A stretch of DNA of 64,000 bases, taken from assembly GCA_964357175.1 (NCBI GenBank), contig CAYHJU010000002.1, forward strand, positions 598 to 64,597. Direction: 5' to 3'. The notes below the pieces were generated by a model. The model had not been told where the DNA came from, ran no database searches, and saw nothing but the letters and a program-made list of their open reading frames with translations. Numbering within the stretch: position 1 is the first letter of the stretch; every line of letters starts with the position of its first letter. This DNA is from an uncultured Candidatus Saccharibacteria bacterium (GTDB taxonomy: Bacteria; Patescibacteriota; Minisyncoccia; GWC2-36-17; CAYHJU01). This document shows positions 57,515 through 64,000 of this stretch, piece by piece. Position numbers and translations under genes: made by a program.

Positions 57515-58141
57515 ATGCAAAACATTAAAAAGATAGTTTTAACAGGTGGTCCATGCGGGGGCAAAACAACGGCGCTGAGCTATATTTCAGAAGAGCTTAA
57601 AAAAATGGGTGTTAAAGTTTTTCAGGTGCCAGAGATAGCCACAATGTTTATTTCCGGTGGAGTGGCAGATATTGTTAATATTTCTCAAACGGACTATGGA
57701 AAATATCTTGAAATAGAGAAAGGCATGATTTCGGCGCAAATTGCCCTGGAAAAGGAATTTTATAATCTATCCAATATTTTTAAAGACGAAAGAAGAGTCA
57801 TTATTTTTGACAGAGGGATCATGGATATGGCCGCTTATATGCCCAAAGAGCATTTTGAAAAAATAATCAGCGAGATTGGATTGGATGCTGAGGGCATTTT
57901 TGGCAATTATGATGGCGTAATTCATCTTGTAACGGCGGCAGATGGCGCAGAAAGTTTTTACACTACAAAAAATAATAAAGCGCGGGCAGAGAGCTCTGTT
58001 GAGGAGGCGCGACTGGCCGATAAAAGAACTTTGGAGGTCTGGGCGGGGCATCCCCATTTAAAAATCATAGACAACTCCACGGATTTTGAAAACAAAATGC
58101 AACGTTTAATGAATGAAATAATCGAATTAATTCGCCTATAA
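57515..58141 (+). CDS. AAA_28-type P-loop NTPase (NadR C-terminal-domain-like)
   Basis: 'IVLTGGPCGGKTTAL' Walker A at the extreme N-terminus. About 200 aa. Confidence 0.5.
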   Translation: MQNIKKIVLTGGPCGGKTTALSYISEELKKMGVKVFQVPEIATMFISGGVADIVNISQTDYGKYLEIEKGMISAQIALEKEFYNLSNIFKDERRVIIFDRGIMDMAAYMPKEHFEKIISEIGLDAEGIFGNYDGVIHLVTAADGAESFYTTKNNKARAESSVEEARLADKRTLEVWAGHPHLKIIDNSTDFENKMQRLMNEIIELIRL

Positions 58142-58209
58142 TCTTTGAAACAGTGGCGATGATAAAACCGTTGCTTTTAAATGTAGTTTAAATGTTCTAA
58201 AATTAACTA

Positions 58210-59232
58210 ATGGAATTAGCAATTATATTAGCTATTATTGTTGTCTCGTTGGCCCTATTTTTTGATTTTACTAATGGTTTTCACGACTCGGCAAATCAAG
58301 TGGCCACGGTAATTGCTTCGCGCGCCTTGCCTCCGGCGGCCGCTTTGGTTATTGCCGCGATGGCAGATTTTGTGGGGGCTTATTTTTTTGGTACGGCGGT
58401 AGCGGAAACTCTTGGCAAGGGCATAGTTGACCCCAGGGCTTTGAATGCTGGCGCTTCCGGAGTTTTAGTAATCATAGGGGCTATCTGCGGAGCTATTTTG
58501 TGGAACATCATAACGTGGTATTTTGGCATGCCGTCATCTTCATCGCATGCTTTAATCGGGGGTCTTGTGGGATCATTTGTGGTGGGGTGGGGATTTGCGC
58601 CCATTCATTGGTTGAAGGTTTTTGAAATTATTTTAATAATGATTGTTTCTCCCTTGGTTGGATTTAGTGTTTCTTATTTTTTTACCCGATTAGCCTGGAG
58701 ATTTTCTCAACGGCTTACTCCGAAGGTTAATGAGGTTTTTAAAAAAATGCAGATTTTTTCTTTGGTGGCGCAAGGAATTTCTCACGGTACAAACGATGCC
58801 CAAAAAACTATGGGTGTCATAACCTTCTCTTTGGTTATTTTAGGTCTCTATAATCCAGGAGGTAGTTCTTCTATGCCCATTCCTTCGTGGGTTATTGTAG
58901 TTTGCTCTTTGGCGCTGTCTTTGGGGACCATAATAGGCGGCTGGAGAATCATCAAAACACTTGGGGCCGGGCTTTATAAAATTAGGCCTATTCACGGATT
59001 TGTTTCACAAGTTGCATCATCTGCTATAATGTATCTGACCGCCGCGTTTGGCTTTCCCATCTCTACGACCCAGGTGATTTCTTCTTCTGTTATGGGCGCC
59101 GGTGCCGCCACGCGCATTAAGATGGTTAGGTGGCAAGTGGCCAAAGAGATGGCGGTGGCATGGCTTATCACCATACCAGTGAGCGCTATTTTGGCTGGTA
59201 CAATTTTTTATATTTTAAATAAAATTTTTTAA
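58210..59232 (+). CDS. pit: inorganic phosphate transporter, PiT family
   Basis: PHO4 signature 'NGFHDSANQVATV' and the second-half repeat 'HGTNDAQKTMGVI'. Confidence 0.8.
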   Translation: MELAIILAIIVVSLALFFDFTNGFHDSANQVATVIASRALPPAAALVIAAMADFVGAYFFGTAVAETLGKGIVDPRALNAGASGVLVIIGAICGAILWNIITWYFGMPSSSSHALIGGLVGSFVVGWGFAPIHWLKVFEIILIMIVSPLVGFSVSYFFTRLAWRFSQRLTPKVNEVFKKMQIFSLVAQGISHGTNDAQKTMGVITFSLVILGLYNPGGSSSMPIPSWVIVVCSLALSLGTIIGGWRIIKTLGAGLYKIRPIHGFVSQVASSAIMYLTAAFGFPISTTQVISSSVMGAGAATRIKMVRWQVAKEMAVAWLITIPVSAILAGTIFYILNKIF

Positions 59233-59250
59233 TAATTAACTAAAAACGTT

Positions 59251-59853
59251 ATGTGGCCATTTCCAGAACAAAAAGATTTTTTAAAAATGCTTTCCGATCA
59301 AACAGAAAAAGTAGAAGAGGGACTGAAGGCGCTTGTTGAATTTTTAAATGATCCCACTTCCGCTAAAGCCACCAAGGTCAATTTTATTGAACAGGAGGCG
59401 GACGACCTCAGAAAAAATTTGGTAGAAGAACTAAATCGCGCTTTTGTGACGCCCATCGACAGAGAAGATATTTTTGCTCTTTCACGAGCGGTGGATGATG
59501 TGATGGACTATGCCGATTCTACTGTTGAGGAAATGAACCTCTTTGGCATTGAGCCAGATGAACATATAAAAAAGATGGTTAATATTTTGTATAAAGCGGC
59601 CCAAGATATTAATTGCGCTGTTTCGAATTTAAAAAAACATCCTGGCATATGCGCCGAGCATCTTATGAGTATCAGAAGGGCAGAGAATTTAGTAGAGTCT
59701 TGCTATAGAGAGGGATTGGTGGAACTTTTTAAATCGAATGACGTCATAAAAATTTTAAAAACACGCGAAGTTTATAGGCATCTCTCCAATGCCGCCGACA
59801 GAGCCGCCGAATCAGCGGATATTACGGGGAATATTTTGGTGAAGATAACGTAA
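59251..59853 (+). CDS. PhoU-like DUF47 family protein (PiT-associated regulator)
   Basis: About 200-aa helical protein immediately downstream of pit, which is the conserved pairing. Confidence 0.7.
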   Translation: MWPFPEQKDFLKMLSDQTEKVEEGLKALVEFLNDPTSAKATKVNFIEQEADDLRKNLVEELNRAFVTPIDREDIFALSRAVDDVMDYADSTVEEMNLFGIEPDEHIKKMVNILYKAAQDINCAVSNLKKHPGICAEHLMSIRRAENLVESCYREGLVELFKSNDVIKILKTREVYRHLSNAADRAAESADITGNILVKIT

Positions 59854-59858
59854 TTTTT

Positions 59859-59893
59859 TAGTAAATAGAAAGTAGTAAATAGAAAATAGAAAT
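59859..59893 (+). repeat. iteron-like tandem direct repeats TAGTAAATAGAAA(G/A) x2.5
   Basis: TAGTAAATAGAAAG TAGTAAATAGAAAA TAGAAAT, immediately upstream of the small basic ORF. Confidence 0.5.
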
Positions 59894-59902
59894 TAATAAA
59901 TT

Positions 59903-60097
59903 ATGAAAAAAGATTCAAAGAAAGAATTTAAAACAAAAGTTTCCAGAAATCGCAAAAAAATAACCAAAGGATTGCCGACAACAAGCAGGAAGTTTGGATA
60001 TGATGCATGGACCGAGTCCCGTCAAACGGACACTAAAAATCCTAATGGCGCTAAAATTTCTAGACCGAAAAATACGAAAGGAAAATTGTTGAACTAG
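59903..60097 (+). CDS. small basic (K/R-rich) protein, hypothetical; possible DNA/RNA-binding
   Basis: 64-aa ORF flanked on both sides by the 14-bp tandem repeats. Confidence 0.35.
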   Translation: MKKDSKKEFKTKVSRNRKKITKGLPTTSRKFGYDAWTESRQTDTKNPNGAKISRPKNTKGKLLN

Positions 60098-60107
60098 ACC
60101 TGCCTGT

Positions 60108-60129
60108 CGCCTGCCTGCCGGTAGGCAGG
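60108..60129. repeat. GC-rich hairpin repeat copy 3: CGCCTGCCTGCCGGTAGGCAGG (preceded by CCTGCCTGT)
   Basis: Same 18-mer core as copies 1 and 2. Stem CCTGCC/GGCAGG around GGTA. Confidence 0.5.
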
Positions 60130-60138
60130 GTGAGCAGG

Positions 60139-60186
60139 AAATAGTAAATAGTAAGTAGTAAATAGTAAGTAGAAAATAGAATAAGG
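60139..60186 (+). repeat. iteron-like tandem direct repeats TAGTAAATAGTAAG x2 plus a partial
   Basis: TAGTAAATAGTAAG at 60143-60156 and 60157-60170, then TAGAAAATAGAATAAGG. Direct-repeat partner of 59859-59893. Confidence 0.5.
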
Positions 60187-60210
60187 AGCTTCTTGGCTCC
60201 TTATTTTTTT
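60182..60210 (+). terminator. rho-independent terminator
   Basis: taaggagc ttcttg gctcctta followed by ttttttt. Confidence 0.6.
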
Positions 60211-60464
60211 AAAATGCACCTCTTATTATCATATATAGTCGGAGCGTTTAAATCTCCGTTTTCCAACATAGAAAAAACGAGGCACTGTTCATTATCAAAT
60301 TCAACGCATATTCGAAGAAAGATCTTAGATGTAGGCTTTGTTCTGAGATTGCTGATTTTCTTAATGGTTTTGTCCCGTAGTTTCAGCCTTAAATCTTTAA
60401 TGAACAATTGGAAAAGCGCTTTTTTAAATTCTCTGCGGATAACCCTTTTTTGTGCTTCTGTCAC
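60201..60464 (-). CDS. small K-rich hypothetical protein (uncertain; a plus-strand ORF 60193-60498 overlaps it)
   Basis: 87-aa ORF with composition typical of this genome. The competing plus ORF is hydrophobic and serine-rich. Confidence 0.25.
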   Translation of the reverse strand: MTEAQKRVIRREFKKALFQLFIKDLRLKLRDKTIKKISNLRTKPTSKIFLRICVEFDNEQCLVFSMLENGDLNAPTIYDNKRCILKK

Positions 60465-60571
60465 AACCCATCTCCTTTTTCAAAGAACTAAAACTTAAAT
60501 GAAGTTTAAATTATTTTTTCTGTTTAATCAAGCGAAACAGCAATTTTTTTCTGAAATATAGATAGAAAAAG

Positions 60572-60600
60572 GGCCGATGTGCGTGTTGCACATCGGCCCT
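60572..60600 (-). terminator. rho-independent terminator for the high-GC gene (12-bp GC stem)
   Basis: gggccgatgtgc gtgtt gcacatcggccc. On the minus strand it is followed by a T-run, tttttctatc. Confidence 0.65.
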
Positions 60601-60625
60601 AGACCACTTTCGCCGCTTTTCTGGA

Positions 60626-61255
60626 CTACGCCGTCACGAGTTGGACGGCGCCATCCACGATGCGGAGGCAGTAGTCGGCCTTGAGAGGGAGCGGAGCGTC
60701 GCCCATGCGATTGCCGCTTGCGTCCTTCTGCCACACCGTTACGATCTGGCCATCGGGACGAAAGAGCGGCTGGCGCACTTCGAGGTTGATGCTCAGGGCG
60801 CTCTGGTCGAGAACCTCCTCACCGTTCTTGTAGAACGGATTGGAGAACGACCTTACGCGCCACATCGCGCTCTCGCAGATGTTCTGGAGGTCGATGCGGA
60901 TGGTGCCTCTCGCCGCCTTGAACTCATCAGAGCAGTTCACGAACTCACGGCGGGCGAAGAGGAAGCGTACCATGTGGTATGTCCTCTTTCTTCGGGGATC
61001 CTTGGCATCGATGCGCTCCTTGTAGAACGCGTCGACCATTTCGTACCCAGCCGCCTCGAGTTCTCCGAGAAACTCTGCGAGTGAGCACTTCTCGGTCGGT
61101 TCGATGACCATGATGCCGTTCGAGTAGCTCTTTCGCTCCACGCGCTCTTCCTGAGTCTCTGGGCTCCGGCGTTTCACCGACGTCGGTATCGCGTCGGGAT
61201 TTGTGAAGCTGAACTGCAATGCAACTAAACGGATGGTGCCATTCAGTGCGATCAC
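60626..61255 (-). CDS. hypothetical protein encoded in a ~0.7 kb high-G+C segment (probable recent horizontal acquisition)
   Basis: GTG start with GAAAGGGGG 7 nt upstream. Codon usage and G+C differ sharply from all neighbours. It has its own consensus promoter and terminator. Confidence 0.5.
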   Translation of the reverse strand: MIALNGTIRLVALQFSFTNPDAIPTSVKRRSPETQEERVERKSYSNGIMVIEPTEKCSLAEFLGELEAAGYEMVDAFYKERIDAKDPRRKRTYHMVRFLFARREFVNCSDEFKAARGTIRIDLQNICESAMWRVRSFSNPFYKNGEEVLDQSALSINLEVRQPLFRPDGQIVTVWQKDASGNRMGDAPLPLKADYCLRIVDGAVQLVTA

Positions 61256-61296
61256 GGTGGGCCCCCTTTCAGCTCAGGTTCAGTTAGATTATTGGA

Positions 61297-61355
61297 CTAT
61301 TTCACACAGTCTTGCTAGCAAGGCCGAGGGTTACAAGCAAAACTATGTGAAATAG
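61297..61355 (-). promoter_or_regulatory. palindromic leader/operator: outer inverted repeat CTATTTCACACA...TATGTGAAATAG enclosing perfect 12-bp palindrome CTTGCTAGCAAG
   Basis: Located between the promoter and the RBS of the high-GC gene. Confidence 0.45.
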
Positions 61356-61387
61356 CGCATGGAAAAGAACTATACTTCTATGTCCAC

Positions 61388-61416
61388 AGCATAGCAGATT
61401 TTATTGTGTTTGTCAA
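61388..61416 (-). promoter_or_regulatory. near-consensus sigma70 promoter on the minus strand (TTGACA-17-TATGCT) driving the high-GC gene
   Basis: Reverse complement of 61411-61416 is TTGACA. Reverse complement of 61388-61393 is TATGCT. The spacer is 17 nt. Confidence 0.5.
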
Positions 61417-61435
61417 GTATTTTGGGCAAGTGAAT

Positions 61436-63700
61436 TTAATCAAGAGAGACGGAAACGCCATCCATCTTTTCTCTAAAATGTGGATAGTTTTTTAGCTCCG
61501 GATCTTGCGCCAGCATTTCCCCTGCGGTTTTTTTAGCGGCATTTACCATCTTTAAATTGGCCAAAGACGACATCGCAAAGTCGGGCAGACCTGATTGTTT
61601 TTCTCCGACAAATTGTCCCGGGCCACGCAATTTCAAATCATATTCGGCAAGTTCAAATCCGCTGTGGGATTTTACTAATGCCTCAAGACGGTCAAATGCT
61701 TCTGGGTCGGTGGAATTTGTAAAAACAAAACAAAACGATTGCGTGTTTGATCTCCCCACGCGTCCTCTTATCTGATGAAGTTGCGCCAGACCAAATCTTT
61801 CGGCGCTTTCGATAATCATCAAAGTGGCGTTGGGCACATCCACCCCCACCTCCACAATGGAAGTAGATATTAAAATCTGAATTTTATTTGATTTAAAATC
61901 CTGCATTATTTTGTTTTTTTCGTCAGCCTTCATTTTTCCGTGGAGCATGGCGCATCTAAATTCTGGAAAGATGTTTTTGGATAAATTTTCAAATTCTTCT
62001 TTTACCGCCTTTATTTCTGATTTTAAATTTAATTTTTGTTGCGCTAAAACTTGGCGCGAGCTTGGCTGTTCTGAAAAATTATCCGCACCCTTTTGATTTT
62101 CTTGGCCGCTTATTTCTATTCGTGGACAGACTACAAATGCCTGCTGATTTTCTTTTAATTTTCCTCTTAAAAATTCATATGCCCGTGAGCGGTCTTTTGG
62201 CGAAACGATTTTGGTGCCGATCTTTTTTCTGCCCAAAGGCATTTCACGAAGCTGTGAAATGTCCAAATCTCCATAAAAAGCGATAGCCAAAGTGCGCGGT
62301 ATAGGGGTGGCGCTTAATGACAAAAGATGAGGGATTTTTCTAAGTCCCGATTTTGCTCGTAGAGCCTTTCTTTGTTTTATGCCAAAGCGGTGCTGTTCAT
62401 CTATTATGGCGAGCGCCAAATCTTGAAATTCTAAACTTTCCTGGATGAGGGCGTGCGTGCCTATGACAATATCAATTTTTCCCTCTTTTATTATTTTATA
62501 AACCCCCACACCTTTTTTATAAACATAATCCTGTTTATCTGTTGATTGATGCGATTTTTTTAACCCCCCATCTTTTATGTTTATTGCTTTTAAGGTGTGG
62601 GGGTAAATTTCTGGATTTTTATTTCTTAAATCAACCATCAATTTTTCACTCGATGTTAGGAGGGCTAGATTTATATTTTCACCAGAAAATAATTTTATAA
62701 AAGATTCAAAATGTTGCCGAGCTAAAATTTCAGTCGGCGCCATCAAAGCGACCTGTTTTTTTTCAAGAGCGACGTTAAAAGCGGCGATAGCGGCCACAAT
62801 GGTCTTGCCTGAGCCGACATCCCCCTCAATGAGGCGATTCATGGGCGTTGGTTTAGAAATATTTTGCAGAATTTCCCAAACGATCCTTTTTTGGTCATGG
62901 GTCAAAACGAAAGGGAGTTTCTGAATAAATTTTTTGATTTCTTCCAAATGTATTTTTAGCGCTTTGGATTTTTCTTTCTCTAAATTCCGGCGGTCTTTTA
63001 GGATACGCAGTTGTATTTCAAGCATTTTTTCAAACGCAAATCTTTTTTGGGCGTCTTTGCACAGTTTTAGGTTTGCAGGGAAATGAATATTTTGTAGGGC
63101 AACGTCTATTTTTGGCAGATGGTATTCTTTAATTGTTTTTGAGGGCAGGGTTTCTGGAATTTCTTTTACCAAATAAAACAAAGAATCAATTTTTTTTCTT
63201 AGCCACTTGGACGAGACGCCTTTCGTTTCAGGATATACCGGCACGATTTTTCCTGTCTGGGTAAGCCCAGATTGTCCAGAGACAATCTCAAAAGATGGGT
63301 GATACATTAAAATTCCGTTTTTGTCGCCAGACACCTTTCCGGAAGCGTTAATTTTTTCTCCAATTTTTAATGCTTTTATTAAGTATGGTTGTCCAAACCA
63401 TACCAGGCGCAAAGAGAATCCGTCCTGTTCAATAACGGCTTGGGTTAACATCCGATAACGAAAAGTCCTTACATTATGAACATTTTTTATGGTGCCAGAT
63501 ATTGTGGCGACTTCTCCAAATTTAAGATCTTTAATATTTTTGATATTGGAAAAATCTTCATATCGCGAAGGAAAATAAAAAAACAAATCGTGCACCTTTT
63601 GCAGGCCCATATTTTTTAGACGCAACGCATAAGAAGCGTTTGCCCGCGGAAGATCGGCCAAATTGGTTTCCATGCTTATTTTTATTTCTTTTTTTGTCAT
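61436..63700 (-). CDS. recG: ATP-dependent DNA helicase RecG (carrying an in-frame 35-aa insertion encoded by a MITE-like element)
   Basis: Wedge domain. Helicase motifs 'GDVGSGKT' and 'IIDEQHRFG'. TRG motif region. The insertion lies between motif I and the 'IVIGTHA' segment. Confidence 0.85.
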   Translation of the reverse strand: MTKKEIKISMETNLADLPRANASYALRLKNMGLQKVHDLFFYFPSRYEDFSNIKNIKDLKFGEVATISGTIKNVHNVRTFRYRMLTQAVIEQDGFSLRLVWFGQPYLIKALKIGEKINASGKVSGDKNGILMYHPSFEIVSGQSGLTQTGKIVPVYPETKGVSSKWLRKKIDSLFYLVKEIPETLPSKTIKEYHLPKIDVALQNIHFPANLKLCKDAQKRFAFEKMLEIQLRILKDRRNLEKEKSKALKIHLEEIKKFIQKLPFVLTHDQKRIVWEILQNISKPTPMNRLIEGDVGSGKTIVAAIAAFNVALEKKQVALMAPTEILARQHFESFIKLFSGENINLALLTSSEKLMVDLRNKNPEIYPHTLKAINIKDGGLKKSHQSTDKQDYVYKKGVGVYKIIKEGKIDIVIGTHALIQESLEFQDLALAIIDEQHRFGIKQRKALRAKSGLRKIPHLLSLSATPIPRTLAIAFYGDLDISQLREMPLGRKKIGTKIVSPKDRSRAYEFLRGKLKENQQAFVVCPRIEISGQENQKGADNFSEQPSSRQVLAQQKLNLKSEIKAVKEEFENLSKNIFPEFRCAMLHGKMKADEKNKIMQDFKSNKIQILISTSIVEVGVDVPNATLMIIESAERFGLAQLHQIRGRVGRSNTQSFCFVFTNSTDPEAFDRLEALVKSHSGFELAEYDLKLRGPGQFVGEKQSGLPDFAMSSLANLKMVNAAKKTAGEMLAQDPELKNYPHFREKMDGVSVSLD
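62503..62603. mobile_element. MITE-like palindromic element copy C, inserted in-frame inside recG (TIR CCCCCACACC / GGTGTGGGGG, flanked by TAAA direct repeats)
   Basis: Element is 101 bp plus a 4-bp duplication, 105 nt in total (35 codons). On the minus strand the TIRs are translated as 'PHTL' and 'GVGV'. No stop codon falls in the recG frame. Confidence 0.6.
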
Positions 63701-64000
63701 TTGATTTTATCTTATCAGAATTTTTTATTTTTATCTATTGCATAGTCTTGGTGAGCCTCGCTTTTGTTTGACTAAAGCACAAGCCTCGCCTACTATAAAA
63801 AATAAGGTCTTTTGACCAGTTCTTTGAAAAGGAGAAATGAAGTGGAGCCAAATAGCGCAGAAGTGAGTAATTCTAAACTAAACTTGTTTAAATTTACTCC
63901 CAAACAATTAATGGTTACTCTGTTGAGCATGGCTCTTTCGATTCTTGTTTACGCGTGGATTTTTGGATTCTGGTTTTCTTTTTTATTTGTGGTGATGATG

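Noticed and set aside
59859-60186. Possible CRISPR array from the TAGTAAATAG tandem repeats
   Set aside because: The repeats are 14 bp, directly abutting with no unique spacers, and only 2.5 copies per side. No cas genes are nearby. This is not CRISPR-like.

Overview
This is a low-G+C, gene-dense bacterial chromosome segment. Gene content suggests a small-genome Patescibacteria/CPR-like organism (inference): a tandem double-ATPase PilB, many signal-peptide or pilin-like ORFs, an LTD surface protein, weak Shine-Dalgarno usage and short YidC.

What the window contains:
- **T4SS-like module (1-5.2 kb):** a VirB4/TrbE-family ATPase with VirB2/TrbC-like pilin candidates and secreted or membrane proteins.
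- **Replication-origin neighbourhood:** rpmH-rnpA-yidD-yidC-jag on the minus strand, divergent from dnaA-dnaN.
- **Housekeeping and repair genes:** PBP1A, tyrS, ruvC, yebC, ruvB, tsaE, polA, nfo, mutM, holA, rpsT, cspA, MFS, PiT with a PhoU-like partner, and recG.
- **Genomic island at tRNA-Asn(GTT), 35203-35277:** a large serine recombinase overlaps the tRNA 3' half, followed by about 17 kb of visibly higher G+C. The minus-strand half carries small phage-like genes. The plus-strand half (39564-52416) is one tightly packed co-directional block: AbiEi-like HTH, SNF2 helicase, DinD-like protein, Type III R-M Mod and Res, then a reverse transcriptase, a Cas4-like PD-(D/E)XK Fe-S nuclease, a TIR-domain protein and two small ORFs.
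- **Repeats:** a MITE-like palindromic element (TIR CCCCCACACC, flanked by 4-bp TAAA or TTTA repeats) occurs three times; one copy sits in-frame inside recG and one inside the dnaA-dnaN origin spacer. A GC-rich hairpin GCCTGCCTGCCGGTAGGC occurs in three intergenic sites. Iteron-like 14-bp tandem repeats flank a small basic ORF.

Other signals are a candidate ~250-nt sRNA bracketed by a consensus promoter and terminator, and a ~0.7 kb high-GC foreign gene with its own consensus promoter and palindromic leader. No rRNA or CRISPR array was seen.
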